Shown here: positions 1 to 11,693 of the stretch, piece by piece | Numbering within the stretch: the stretch's first letter is position 1 | Layout of the letters: each line of letters starts with the position of its first letter | Assembly (NCBI RefSeq): GCF_004010195.1 | Contig: NC_057719.1 | Location: forward strand, 32,668,138 to 32,710,397 | Direction: 5' to 3' | Source: Chiloscyllium plagiosum | Taxonomy: Eukaryota | DNA length: 42,260 nucleotides | Program-made: the position numbers and the translations under genes | Notes under the pieces: generated by a model | What the model saw: the letters and a program-made list of their open reading frames with translations, nothing else | What the model was told of the DNA's origin: nothing | Databases searched by the model: none

Positions 1-156
1 TTTCTCCCCACCCCCACCCTCCTCTAGCTTATCTCTCCATGCTTCAGGCTCACTGCCTTTATTCCTGGTGAAGGGCTTTTGCCCGAAACGTCGATTTTGA
101 AGCTCCTTGGATGCTGCCTGAACTGCTGTGCTCTTCCAGCACCACTAATCCAGAAT
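1..156 (+). mobile_element. Penelope-like element terminal repeat (pLTR) fragment, family A, with mutated hammerhead motif at 61-96
   Basis: attc-CTGGTGA-A-GGGC-tttt-GCCC-GAAACGTC-gatt followed by ggatgctgcctgaactgctgtgctcttccagc, homologous to the copies at 7683, 17651, 31474, 35599 and 41955. Runs off the window start. Confidence 0.8.
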
Positions 157-322
157 ACGATGGCTGGGATGCAGCGTGACATCAAAGCATTGGCTCAGTT
201 CTTGCACCAGTGGAGGTCTCCTTGAAGGCCTCAATCCTCACTCCTTGCCTGAGGCGAGGTGACTCTCTGGTTAAGCCACCTCCAGTCATCTCTCTCTGAG
301 AGCGCGGGATATGTTTCACCAG

Positions 323-1801
323 TAGAGTCATAGATTCATAGAGATGTACAGCACGGAAACAGACCCTTCGGTCCAACATGTCCGTGCCAACCAGATATCC
401 CAACCCAATCTAGTCTGACCTGCCAGCACCTGCCCCCATATCCCTACAAACCCTTCCTATTCATATCCATACACGTTCCATACATGCAACGTTTTCTCAG
501 TGAAAACGTTGCACCTTAGGTCTCTTTTACATCTTTCCCCTCTCACCGTAAACCTATGTCCTCTAGTTCTGGACTCCCCCACCCCAGGAAAAAGACTTTG
601 TCTATTTATCCTATCCATGCTCCTCATGATTTTATAAGCCTCTATAAGGTCACCCCCCAGCCTCCAACATTCCAGGGAAAATAACCCTAGCCTATTCAAC
701 CTCTCCCTATAGCTCAAATTATCCAACCCTGGCAACATCCTTGTAAATCTTTTCTGAACTCTTTCAATTTTCACAACATCTTTCCAATAGAAAGGAGACC
801 AGAATTGCACACAATATTCCAACAGTGGCCTAACCAATGTCTTTTACAGCTGCACATGACCTCCCAATTCCTGTACTCAGTACTCTGACCAATAAAGGAA
901 AGCATGCCAATCGCCTTCTTCACTATCCTATCTACCTGAGACTCCAGTTTCAAGGAGATATGAACCTGCACTTCAAGGTTTCTTTGTTCAGCAATACTCT
1001 CTTGGACCTTACCATTAAATGTATAAATCCTGCTAAGATTTGCTTTCACAAAATGCAGCACCTCACTTATCTCAATTAAACTCCATCTGCCACTTCTCAG
1101 CCCATTGGCCCATCTGATCAAGATCCCGTTGTAATCCGAGGTAACCTTTTTCATTGTCCACTACACCTCCAATTTTGGTGTCATCAGCAAACTTAGTAAC
1201 TAGACCTGTTATATTCACATCCAAAACATTTACCTAAATGACGAAAAGTAGTGGACGTAGCACCGATCCTTGTGGCACTCCAGTGGTCACAGGCTTCCAG
1301 TCTGAAAAACAACCCTCCACCACTACCCTCTGTCTTCGATCTTTGAGCCAGTTCTGTATCCAAATGGTGAGTTCTCCCTGTATTCCATGAATTCTAACCT
1401 TGCTCACCAGTCTCCCATGGGAATCTTGTCGAATGCCTTACTAAAGTCCATATCGGTCACATCTAGCACTCTGCCCTCATCAATTCTCTTTATTACTGCT
1501 TCAAAAAACTCAATCAAATTTGTGAGACATGATTTCCCACACATAAAGCCATGTTGACTATCCCTAATCAGTCCTAGCCTTTCCAGATACATGTATATCT
1601 TGTCCCTCAGTATTCCCTCCAACAACTTGCCCACCACTGACATCAAGCTCACTAGTCTATAGTTCCCTGGCTTGTCCTTACCACATTTCTTAAACAGTGG
1701 CACCATGTTAGCCAACCTCCAGTCTTCCGGCACCTCACCTGTGACTATCGATGATACAAATATCTCAGCAAGAGGCCCAGCAATCATTTCCCTAGCTTCC
1801 C
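323..1801 (-). mobile_element. CR1/HER1 LINE, 5'-truncated, frameshifted ORF2 (RT and C-terminus)
   Basis: ORF pieces 1404-1787 (VPEDWRLANMVPLFKK..PGNYR..SQHGF..KSCLTNLIEFF..DFSKAFDK), 771-1154 and 457-837 (LEYCVQFWSP..IERVQKRFTRMLPG). 8-bp tail repeat tagagtca/tagattca at 323-343. Confidence 0.95.
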
Positions 1802-2713
1802 AACTATGGCAAATTTATCTTATCTTTTACTCCATAACTTTGTGACTCCCATGCTATAGGTTTAGGTTCTAGGTCCAACCAATATGCTGTCTGTTTCGCC
1901 GCAGTACTGGATTGAATTAGCTTTGCTGAGTTTGTGTTTCCCACTTGTATAAGTCACGCTCTGCCTCCTTACCCCTACTATATCAGAAATGAAGTAGGGT
2001 TCTATATCAACGTCCTGCCCACTATTTTTAAAGCCTGTAGTCTTCTTATTCAATGGACATCCAGCACTGGGATGAATAGTAACTTGAGATGGTAAATGGT
2101 GATTAATTTGGATAGATATGAGGTATTGTATATTGGTGAAACAAACAAGGGCCTGATTTATATAATTAATGGTAGGGTCCTGGGTAGTGTTGCAGAGCAA
2201 AGAGACCTAGAGGTTCAGGAATGTAATTCTTTGAAACTTGTGTCATAGGTAGATGGGCTGGCTAAGAAGGTGTTTAACGCACTTGCCTTCATTGCTCAAA
2301 TGATTGAGAATAGGAGTTGGGATGTTGCATAGGATGTTGGTGAGGCATTTTCTGGAGTACTGTGTACAGTTCTAGTTGCCCTGCAATAACAAAGATTTAA
2401 TAAATTGGAGAGGGTTCAGAAAAGATTTCTCCAGATGTTGCTGGGACTGTAGGTTTGAGTTAGAAAAATAGGCTGGATAGGCTGGGCCTTTTTTCACTGA
2501 AGGACAGGATGTTGAGGACTGACCTTATAGAAGTTTATAAAATCATGAGGTGCATAGATAAGGTAAATAGCAAGGGTCTTTTCCCCAGGATTGGGGAGTT
2601 CAAAACCAGGGGGCATATTTTAAGGTGAGAGGAGAAAGTTTTAGAAAAGGCATTAGCAGCAACATTTTTGCAGAGAGTATGGTTCATGTGTGGAATGCAC
2701 TGCCAAAGGAAGT

Positions 2714-2918
2714 TAAAAATCACACAACACCAGGTTATAGTCCAACAGCTTTAATTGGAAGCACTAGCTTTCGGAGCGACGCTCCTTCATCAGGTGATTG
2801 TGAAGGAGTGTCGCTCCGAAAGCTAGTGCTTCCAATTAAACCTGTTGGACTATAACCTGGTGTTGTGCGATTTTTAACTTTGTACACCCCAGTCCAACAC
2901 CGGCATCTCCAAATCATG
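2714..2918. mobile_element. PLE terminal-repeat fold-back insertion, family B, with 15-bp TSD
   Basis: Inverted arms about 2710-2789 and 2801-2880 with an 11-nt spacer. TSD actgccaaaggaagt at 2699-2713 and 2919-2933. Removing the insert restores the CR1 WNALPKEVV sequence. Confidence 0.85.
2759..2799 (-). ncRNA. Minimal type I hammerhead ribozyme motif (family B), intact core
   Basis: Minus strand reads aatcac-CTGATGA-A-GGAGC-gtc-GCTCC-GAAA-GC-TA-gtgctt: CUGANGA/GAAA core, 5-bp stem II, palindromic AGCU stem III, UA cleavage site, stem I cac/gtg. Confidence 0.8.
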
Positions 2919-3144
2919 ACTGCCAAAGGAAGTGGTGGATGCAGGTACAGTTACAGCATATAAAAGACATTTGGATAAGTTCATGAATAGGAAAGATTTG
3001 GAGGGATATGGGTCAAATGAAGGCAAGTGGGACAAGTTTAGTTTGGGAACATGATCAACACAGATTATTAGGAGCGAAGGGTCTGTTTCTATGCTTATGA
3101 TTCCATGACTCTATGAGCAAAGGGCAGCGGATTGTGCCACTTCA

Positions 3145-3200
3145 CTCCAATGAGACCCACACCTCTCCAATGAGACCCATTCCTCTCCAATGAGACCCAT
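3145..3200. repeat. 20-bp tandem repeat, about 3 copies
   Basis: ctccaatgagaccca recurs at 3145, 3165 and 3185. Confidence 0.9.
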
Positions 3201-3842
3201 TGAGAATGAAGGTACATGTTGATTTACAGCGTCCAGAGGCGTTGACACAATATTGATACCATGAGTAGCTCATTGGTTGTCAGGTTGGAGATTGTTGCAC
3301 TGTACACAGAGCTGGCTGGCAGTCAGATGGTATAAAATTGTAAATGTTTCCTGAAATTTGTTTTCAAAATTCAATCGAGTAATTCCTATAGAATCTTTCG
3401 AGCATCAAGTAAATTCATATTATGACACCTATACGTGAGTAATCTCATTTTTATCTTGACACAATCTCCCACGATGGTGATGGCAGTATCAGCTCATGCC
3501 AGGCAACAAGTTCTCAGCTAATCATAGAAAATGACACAGTCAAAGGTGTCAGATGAATAAAACACCAGGACAGCATTGTCAACATTTTATATCTCACTAA
3601 TCCAGTTCAATAGTTCATTATTTTGAGAGAAATTCATGTTGAGTTACATAATGGCATCCTATATGACATTTGATCCAAATTAAATGTGAATTAAATTCCT
3701 GAAATGAAAACCAACTACTCTAAATTGTTGAAGCAAAAAGTGCATAAAGAATTATTCATCTGGGAGAAATACAGTATGGGACAAAGTCAAGCCCTTTAAA
3801 CCAAGCGTTGCACCAGGATAATTGGTTCATGTCAATTTACTA

Positions 3843-4672
3843 TTTGATTTGATTTATTATTGTCAGATGTACTGGGATGTATATACAATGTAAAGTATTG
3901 TATTTTGCGCTAACCAGTCAAATCATACCTTACACAAGTACATCCAGGTAACAGAACAGGCTGCAGAATATTGTGTTCCAGCTACAGAGAAGGTTCAGAG
4001 AAAAATCAACTGTGTATGAGAGGTCTGTCCATAAGTCTGCTCACAGCAGGAGGAAGCTAGTCTTGAATTTGTTGATGCAGGTTTTCAAACTTTTGTACCT
4101 TCTTCCCAATGGATGAGGGTAGAAGAGAGGATAACCACAGTGAGAGAGATTTTTGATTATGTTGGCTGCTTTCCCGAGGCAGCAGGAAGTGTAGATAGAG
4201 TCAATAGAAGGAAGGTGCTTTTCGTGATGGACTGGGCTACGTTCACAACTCTCTGTAATTTCTTGTGGTCTTGGGCAGAATAATTGCCATACCAAACTGT
4301 GATTCTGAATTTCCTTCTGAGAAAGTACAAGCTTGATGTGTTTTCTTAACTGTAGTGTCAACGTGAGTGGACTAGGTTAGATTGTTGGTGCTATTTACTC
4401 TTAGGAACTTGAAGTTCCTGAACACCTCCACCTCAGCACCATTGAATCAAACAGTGGCATGTCCTCCACTCTGCTTCCTGAAGTCAATGACCAGCTCCTT
4501 CATTTTGCTGACATTGATGGAGAGATTGTTGTCTTTACACCATGTCACTAAGCTGTCTATCATTGCTTGAGATCTGACACACTACGGTGGTGTCATCGGC
4601 AAATTTGTAAATGGAGTTAGAGCTGAATTTGCCCATGTAATCATGAGTGTATAAAGAATTTAGTAAGGAGCT
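3843..4672 (-). mobile_element. Rex1/Babar-type LINE 3' fragment with internal deletions
   Basis: Minus strand SIYKFADDTTVV at about 4581-4616. ORF 4041-4361 (LPSIDSIYTSCCLGKAANIIK..GRRYKSLKT..KFKTSF) is a typical Rex1 C-terminus. Tail ttgat repeats at about 3845. Confidence 0.8.
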
Positions 4673-4673
4673 G

Positions 4674-4768
4674 AGTGGTTAGCACTGCTGCCTCACAGCG
4701 CCAGGGACCCAGTTTCAATTCCACCCTCAGGCGACTGTGTGCTGTTTGCACATTTTTTTCTTGTGTCT
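4674..4768 (+). mobile_element. HE1-type SINE, 5' part (split by an LTR-like insertion)
   Basis: agtggttagcactgctgcctcacagcgccagggaccc..ttcaattcc tRNA-like head, matching the copy at 29955. Confidence 0.85.
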
Positions 4769-4777
4769 TGAGTACAT

Positions 4778-5722
4778 GGGATTAAGCAAAAGTCACCATT
4801 ATCCAAAATACTGGACAAGATTCTGGCCTTTTCTAATATTGAAAATAACAGACAAAATCCTGGGCTCAGGCTGCACCGAAAACACAATAGAACCAGAATG
4901 CTTTCTGTCTGGGACTATTGTTCAGCCTGGATTTCCAATTTACACCTCCACTTTAAGAGAACAATCAACCAAATTGAACACTCGAGACCGAAACTGACTT
5001 TTACACCTCAGGCTACCCTGCACAGACAATATGGGGTCTACAGAGATACCAAATATTAAATTTCAATCAAAATCCATTCACACATATTCTTAACTATCGA
5101 GAAACCAATTGACTTCAACAGGAACAACAGTAAGACAATGGAAATTGCAGATTTAGCGCGAAGGTGGGGGCCTACGATTACTATAATTGCAGGCCCTGAC
5201 CTTACCTGAGGGAGCTATCCCCATAAGCATTCCAAAGAACTAATTCCAGAAGGAGAATTCCAACAGCTAATTCCAACGGCTATTCCTAAGAGTTATCTCC
5301 GGAAGCGCGATCCCAACAGCAGTTCCGAGAGCTCCTGGCACAGTGGAACCAATGGCAACTGAGCATAACTAGCAGATCCAAGAACTGATGAAAACCCCCA
5401 ATCCGCCTGACACCAGGCCTCAGACACATTCCGGCCAGCAAAACCAGCAGAAACTAAGGAAAACCAAGTACTTACTGATAAATCCAATAAGAGCCTTACC
5501 ACATCAGCAAAACAAAAAGGTCTATGTAATCTAAAGTCTTCATCCAGGCACTGGGTAAGGCAAGTGGGAACACCCAACTGTACTTCAAAATCATAATTTC
5601 CACAGCAGTAAGCTGAAACTCCAGAGATCCCAATGTTCTGACCTCGCTCGCAAGGAGGGGAAGGTGGGTGGTGATTGTGCATTGGGATCCCAGTGTTGGA
5701 ATTCTGATTAACTTGGTGTTTT
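4778..5722 (+). mobile_element. Solo-LTR-like repeat, 3'-truncated copy
   Basis: Colinear similarity with 15504-16953 (shared gaacaatcaac, ttttacacctcagg, acagagatac, caccaggcctcaga, ggccagcaaaaccagcagaaa, ggaattctgatta). Confidence 0.7.
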
Positions 5723-5808
5723 CTGGTGGGATGCACGACAGAGCGTCAGTGTGGACTTGATGGGCTGAATGGCCTCTTTCCATACCATAGGGATTCTACG
5801 ATTCTATG
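5723..5808 (+). mobile_element. HE1-type SINE, 3' part
   Basis: gtcagtgtggacttgatgggctgaatggcct...gggattctacgattctatg tail. Confidence 0.8.
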
Positions 5809-6039
5809 TGTGTTTGCTTCTCACTCCACAGGTTAGGTTAATATCATTGTCAGGAAACTTGCAAATATTGAAAGTTAGAATTGAACCTGAGATTTATTGA
5901 AATTAGAGGTAATTTCATTATGACAGGTCAAGGAGACTAATAAAATTAATATGAGAAAATTTTCTCAAAGCACTAGCAATCATAACCTCAGTATTTCAAT
6001 TTTGGTACTTGCTGATCTCTTGAAATAGTCACTGTGCTA

Positions 6040-6830
6040 TTAAATGCCTTATAAGGATGAACATGCTTTAGGTTAGGTTTCTGTACTTAACAAGAATTAC
6101 TATTTATTACAAATTAATATATTCTAGCTACAGATAAATAATTATATTCTATCAACATATAACTCATCTAGTTAAAACTCTAACTCACTTATAAAATTCC
6201 CTCTGCACACACATAAACAGTTACAATAAAAATGGATGTTATGAGAAGGATCAACTGGAAAAGCAGTTCTATAGTGCCTGGTCACAGGATTCACTGAAAT
6301 GAATATTTTTCTTGTCATGACTGCTGTTCTGCAATCTTCCTTCTTCAGGTATTTTCACTTATTTGCATGAGGTACAGGGTGACTAGTTTAATATTACAAA
6401 GTCTCTAACTTCCTGGTTAAAAGCCACTGATGAGGGGGAATGAATTAGCTTTATTCATGGGTTGAATGTTTTTACTGCAGAGCTCCGAAGGCTTCGAACA
6501 AAACATTCACACCTGCAAGTTGATCAACTACCTGGGTGCCAATTGCGTAGTTGGTGGCAGGCAAAAAGCCTTTGCCAACAACAACTGGTGACCAGTCCAC
6601 AGATCAATCTTCTTGCTGGCTGAATCTCTCTTCATTCCCATTTTCTAGTTTCAGTTCATCTGTAGTCAGTTTCCTCATTGCTTGAACAAACAACACTTAC
6701 AATGAGAGCCAGGTAACTTACTTTTAAAAAGTGCAGTAATCCTTTCCATAACACTTGGTTTTTAAAACTGTCCATCTCCCATTTCAGTCAATAGTAAAAA
6801 ACACAGAAAACATAAAGCTTTTACACAATT
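6040..6830. repeat. Unclassified old dispersed repeat, copy 1 (approximate limits)
   Basis: Shares colinear blocks with 25890-26710: tatttatt, attctagctacagataaata, taaaactctaa, actgcaga, aaaacagaaaa-like end. Confidence 0.6.
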
Positions 6831-7682
6831 CTGAAAAGATTATTTTTCCATTTCCCGTTTTCCATGCCAGTTACTTAGTCAATTGATCAAAAACACTCAA
6901 ACTTATTAAACTGGGGAATTAAACTTATTTTGTTAGTCTTAGTTAAGCTCAAAGTTTATTCTTCAATTTGAAAGCTCTGTGTACTGAACACAGCCTTTCA
7001 CCTGTAATCTTCTATTCATTTTTCATACATAGTTCTTTAGTAATTTATGAGTTAAAGGTCCTCTCACTTTCTAGGGAAACATTGTACATTATACCATCTT
7101 TTGTAAACTCTAACGTCTGATCAGTTTGGTGTACACTTTTGGAAGACAACATAAGGAATGAGTTCACTAATTGAATCGAATGGATAATATCTTAAAACCA
7201 AAAGTGAACATATCTGTAATGTAACACACTGCACATATGTAAAAGTGGAATTTTTGGACTATTTTTTAAGGTTAAACTTATGTTGTTGACTATTACATGG
7301 CTACTACTTTTGTGAGGCTGAAATTTATACTAGAGGGATCCTGAGCTCTGCTGAACTGCACACAAAGGGAGGTTGTCACCTGACTCTGAGCTGATGTGTC
7401 TGAAACTTTTGTGCCAAATTCTTCTATTTTCCTCTGTTTTCTCTCATCTGTGTTATAATAGTTTTTATTTCTAATAAAAAAAAGTTATCAGACATTTGAC
7501 TCTCATACAGTCTCACGGATCGTTGTAGCTATGAGAAATTGTCAACAGTTGCACAGTAATTATAGTGAAGTAAATGCATATAGGCCTATCCTATACAGGA
7601 AATGATGCTGTGATCAACTTTGTATCACACTAATTATACTAATTATAGTGCTCATTCGATAATGAACTTAAGAAATCCGTAG

Positions 7683-7903
7683 GAGAAAGTGAGGACTGCA
7701 GATGCTGGCGATCAGAGCTGAAAATGTGTTGTTGGAAAAGCGCAGCAGGTCAGGCATCATCCAAGGAGCAGGAGAATCGACGTTTCGGGCATGAGCCCTT
7801 CTTCAGGAATCCTGAAGAAGGGCTCATGCCTGAAAAGACGATTCTCCTGCTCCTTGGACGCTGCCTGACCTGCTGCGCTTTTCCAGCAACACATTTTCAG
7901 TTC
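7683..7903. mobile_element. PLE pLTR fold-back insertion, family A, with 12-bp TSD
   Basis: Arms 7718-7808 and 7810-7900 are near-perfect inverted repeats. TSD agaaatccgtag at 7671-7682 and 7904-7915. Confidence 0.9.
7774..7811 (-). ncRNA. Minimal type I hammerhead ribozyme motif (family A), intact core
   Basis: Minus strand reads gattc-CTGAAGA-A-GGGC-tcat-GCCC-GAAA-CG-TC-gattc. The plus-strand mirror copy (7807-7844) is mutated to GAAAAGAC. Confidence 0.75.
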
Positions 7904-8516
7904 AGAAATCCGTAGTCTAACGTTGCTGTGAATTTTAGATCAAAACACATATTAGCATGAAAAATAAATTCATTTTCTCATTGTAACATTTATGTACAGG
8001 ATAATGCCTTGACTCACAAATGTTGATTTGAAGAACTAGGGTCAAACTTTACATGAGATCCACTTTTACTTGCGTGTATATGGTGTTTGTAACAGACAAG
8101 TTGTTCAATATAATCTTAGGAATAAGGCTTTTTTGCTTAAGAACTCGAGGAACAAAGAATTGTAGAACCATCAGACTAAAACAAAAAGAATGTTTTATGC
8201 ATTTTAAGCTATGAATATGTTAGATTGCTCTATTATAGCTCATGTGTAAAGGGCAGAGAGCATTGCACATGCATTATGCATCCTACTCAACTGAACAGTA
8301 AATCAAACTGTCTTAAAAAGGGAGAAAACATCCCTGTACACTCAATCTTCCTTTTCTAATCAGATTTATTTAATATTGACATTTGTACTTAGGCACAGTG
8401 AAATGTGGATAATGTCACCACGTTCTGGCGCCATCTTGCATTACAGAATAAATGACTGAATAAACTGCAAAAATGAGGAAAAAATGGGATAAATTAATAT
8501 TAAATTACATTTTACA

Positions 8517-8792
8517 TTAGATTCCTACAGTGTGGAAACAGGCCTTTCAGTCCACATTGACCCTCCGAAGAGTAAACCACCCAGACACATTTCCCTTTGA
8601 CTAATCTATCTAACACTATGGGCAATTTAGCATGGCCAATTCACCTAACCTGCACATCTTTGGACTGTGGGAGGAAACCGGAGCACCCAGAGGAAACCCA
8701 CACAGACACGAGAAGAATGTCTGTTGGAATTTGCACAGTCTCCTGAGGCTGGAATCGAGCCTGGGAACCTTGCATTGTGAGGCAGCAGTGCT
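8517..8792 (-). mobile_element. HE1-type SINE
   Basis: Reverse complement of the 29955 copy (ttagattcctacagtgtggaaacaggcc ... gtgaggcagcagtgct). Confidence 0.9.
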
Positions 8793-10803
8793 TCAAAAGA
8801 TCATCACTCCCTCTCCATAGACTTCACTCACTCCGCTCCTCCAGTCGCCACCACCCAACATCACCCCCAGGATGCCTGCTACCATCAGTGCCAGCACTTC
8901 CATGGCTGCCACCTCCATGCTGGAGACGGTCTCGCTGCATGGGTCCCACAACTCCTCTGACACTGGGACATTAAATGATCAGGCCTGTCTTCCAACACCA
9001 CCAGTCAAGATGAAGTAGGGATGACGATACACAGGGCTTCAGCCTCCTGCTGGAGGACATCAGGAGGCAGCCCCAGGTCAAGACCAAAAAGAAACATTAC
9101 TGATCTGGAAAGACAATGTTGAACCTGCATAGCTGTGGCTGGACCTGCCGTGTGAGCCCAAGAGTGGCCAAGACCCATGCTTAGGAGCCAAACGCTGCCA
9201 TCCCGACTGCCACCGTCTTAGATGTGCCATGGTGATCTGCTCTGGCATTCACTTACCTTTCATTCGAGGATAGATTACTGAATTGCTGAGAGATCCTTTA
9301 AGCTATTTTGCATTCTGGTATCTACGCAATGTTGACAGTAGTTGAGTTTGCATGTCCGCACCCTGGGATTTGACTGCAGCACTCAAACTTTGCAAGGCTG
9401 TCCTCCAAAACAATACTGAGATTTTTTGAGGTAAAGCCTTGGGGAACCGGTGGAGCTGCATTTGTCCCCTCTCAGTTTGAAAACACCCATGCTCTGATTG
9501 ATGCATCAATGCCCATATCAGCCCCTGTCATCCATAGAATTTGGACTGCGACCCCTTATGCTAAACTTCAGGAACCATCATTATACAACAGTGAATGATG
9601 AGAAGTAGAACTTGGGCAATTATTGTCTATTCCATCTTGGAAGGAAGCAAACACATTCCATTTCACAGCGACTTTCAGTCTCTGGCAATGCCATCTGAGG
9701 TGGCAGCTTCTTGGTGGAGCAGAGGTATCCAACATGTTGGATAGAATTTGGGTAAGAATGTTGGGTGGAAGTTTCCCAGGCTCTGAATGGCATGGGCAAT
9801 GGCGAGAAAGTTGGGAAAATATGGTGAGAGTGGAAAAATGAGATTCTAGATGTCAAAAGAAAGTCGGTCTATGGTTTTAATTATGAGATGAGGATCTCAC
9901 TAGTGAGGGGCTAATTTGCAAACAATAACAGCTCACTGTGATCTAATCTCACTGGTTACTATGCAGGTTGCTTTTCTCTCAGGTAGCCGAGGGAAACTAG
10001 ACATTAATACATGACATGCAAGTCAGAGGAATTACTTGCCGGTTACCCAACATGTGACTACCTGCACCCTCCTTCCATGGAAGGTGGCATCAGTACACCA
10101 GCTTGACACATCTCACACTCACTTAAAATATAGTTCACCACTTCAAATCTGCACTTTAGAGCTCACATATATCTTTTATTTCAATCATTGCAAAGCTGCT
10201 GCCAGCCTGCTTTGAGTGCAGGAACAAGGTCCGATCTCGTACATGATAAAGTGTGCATTTCAGAGCTATTAGCTTGTCTTCTCAGCACTCACTTAATTGC
10301 ACTTACTTAGACTCATGCAGCAACTCTGACTTGCCTTTTATCACATTGCCACTTCATTCTGAACTTACAGGCTCCCAGTAGTTCTGTCCTGCCTTTTCAG
10401 AGACAGAAAGCTTGGCAGCTTGTCATGTTTGCCACCAGGAAAAGTCAAGGGAATGGGCATGTTGCTGTACTTCACTGTACAATATCAAAGTCACAATTAC
10501 ACCACATCACACCAATCTGCAGTAAACCCAAAGCATCTGCTTCAAACAAAATGCCACATTGGAAGTTTAAGGGGAGTAGTCCTTTGTTCAGTCAAGGGGG
10601 ACAATTGTCAGTCAGGAGTTTCCATTACAGCCAATCAAGGGCAGCATCCGGCCTTAGTGCAGAGGCTTGGTCACAATCAATTAGCTGCTTGGAATAATCA
10701 CTGTCCAGGGAATGGGCCACAGACAGTCCTGCATTCTTGATTGCACTCTTAGATTCTAGATTAAAGACAGTTGTGTTGACTAGAACGTTATTACCGAATG
10801 AAG

Positions 10804-11077
10804 ATTGCTTGGGGTACCTTCACAGAGTGTGTTATCTGCTGGAGTATATCAGATGGAGAGCAATGTAGACACATTGAATTCCATGTCAGTGCAGCTGACT
10901 TACGTAATAGGAAAGGGTTCCTTCAATCAATGTTCTGGTCATATGTGATAACTCTCACCAACATCTTCAAATTCTGCACCAGATAACCTAGAAGCTGCCA
11001 TGATACCTATATCTTCGATAATTCTCAGGTTCCTGCATCATTTTGAGGGCTAGATGTCTGACACAGGATGGCTGTTG
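10804..11077 (+). pseudogene. Decayed PIF/Harbinger DDE transposase fragment
   Basis: With frameshifts it reads NRKGF.SINVLVICD ... CTR*PRSCHDTYI..NSQVP ... GWLL, matching the Harbinger/HARBI1 motif order NRKGxHS.NVQ..CD / YPGSxHD / GWLLGD. Confidence 0.7.
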
Positions 11078-11384
11078 CAACACACTGGAAAGTCTGGTCA
11101 GCACCACATGATGATAGAAATCATAATTTGCCTAGATTGTACAGTCCTGCTGCATGTTCCCTGTACCTACGCTGACACCTTGACCAAAATGGTGCCCAGC
11201 TCAGAAAGCTGTATTTGCATATTTCCTTTGGAACCTGTAGGTTTTGAAATCCAGGTGCTACACAATCGACTTGAGACCTGCTTATCCGAGTCACATTAAA
11301 GCATGGAGCAATTGGACAAAGAAAGCCTGCTGGAAAATTCTATTGGCTAATGTCTTCTGAAAACAAAAGGGGGGGGGGGGGGGG

Positions 11385-11693
11385 GGGCACAGTGGTTAGC
11401 ACTGCTGCCTCACAGCGCCAAAGACCTGGGTTCAATTCCCGCCTCAGGTGACTGACTGTGTGGAGTTTGCACATTCTCCCTGTGTCTGCGTGGGTTTCCT
11501 CCGGGTGCTGGGGTTTCCTCCCACAGGCCAAAAATATGCAGGTTAGGTGAATTGGCCATGCTAAATTGCCTGTAGTGTTAGGTGAAGGGGTAAATGTAGG
11601 GGAATGAGTCTGGGTGGGTTGGTCTTCGGAGGGTCAGTGTGGACTTGTTGCGCCAAAGGGCCTGTTTCCACACTGTGTGTAATCTAATCTAAT
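11385..11693 (+). mobile_element. HE1-type SINE preceded by a 19-nt G run
   Basis: ggcacagtggttagc A box, ggttcaattcc B box, aatct tail repeats. Confidence 0.95.

Larger units (their letters stand above)
2085..3116 (+). mobile_element. CR1/HER1 LINE 3' fragment, decayed, interrupted by a PLE hairpin insertion
   Basis: gagtactgtgtacagttc, ggagagggttcagaaaagatt and tggaatgcactgcc match the CR1 C-terminal motifs (EYCVQF, ERVQKR, WNALP). Ends in a tgattcca/tgactcta tail. Confidence 0.9.

Noticed and set aside
157..305. Probable additional old SINE fragment
   Set aside because: Resemblance is from memory only, with no second clear copy in the window to support it.
1862..2200. 112-aa minus-strand ORF as a terminal exon
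   Set aside because: The first third is antisense CR1. The remaining 75 or so codons have no recognisable motif or good acceptor, and are expected by chance.
2710..2880. MITE or pre-miRNA
   Set aside because: Asymmetric tail, long variable-length TSDs across loci and hammerhead cores fit PLE inversion products better.
4041..4361. Host protein domain
   Set aside because: It lies within a Rex1/Babar fragment, next to its FADD motif and 3' tail.
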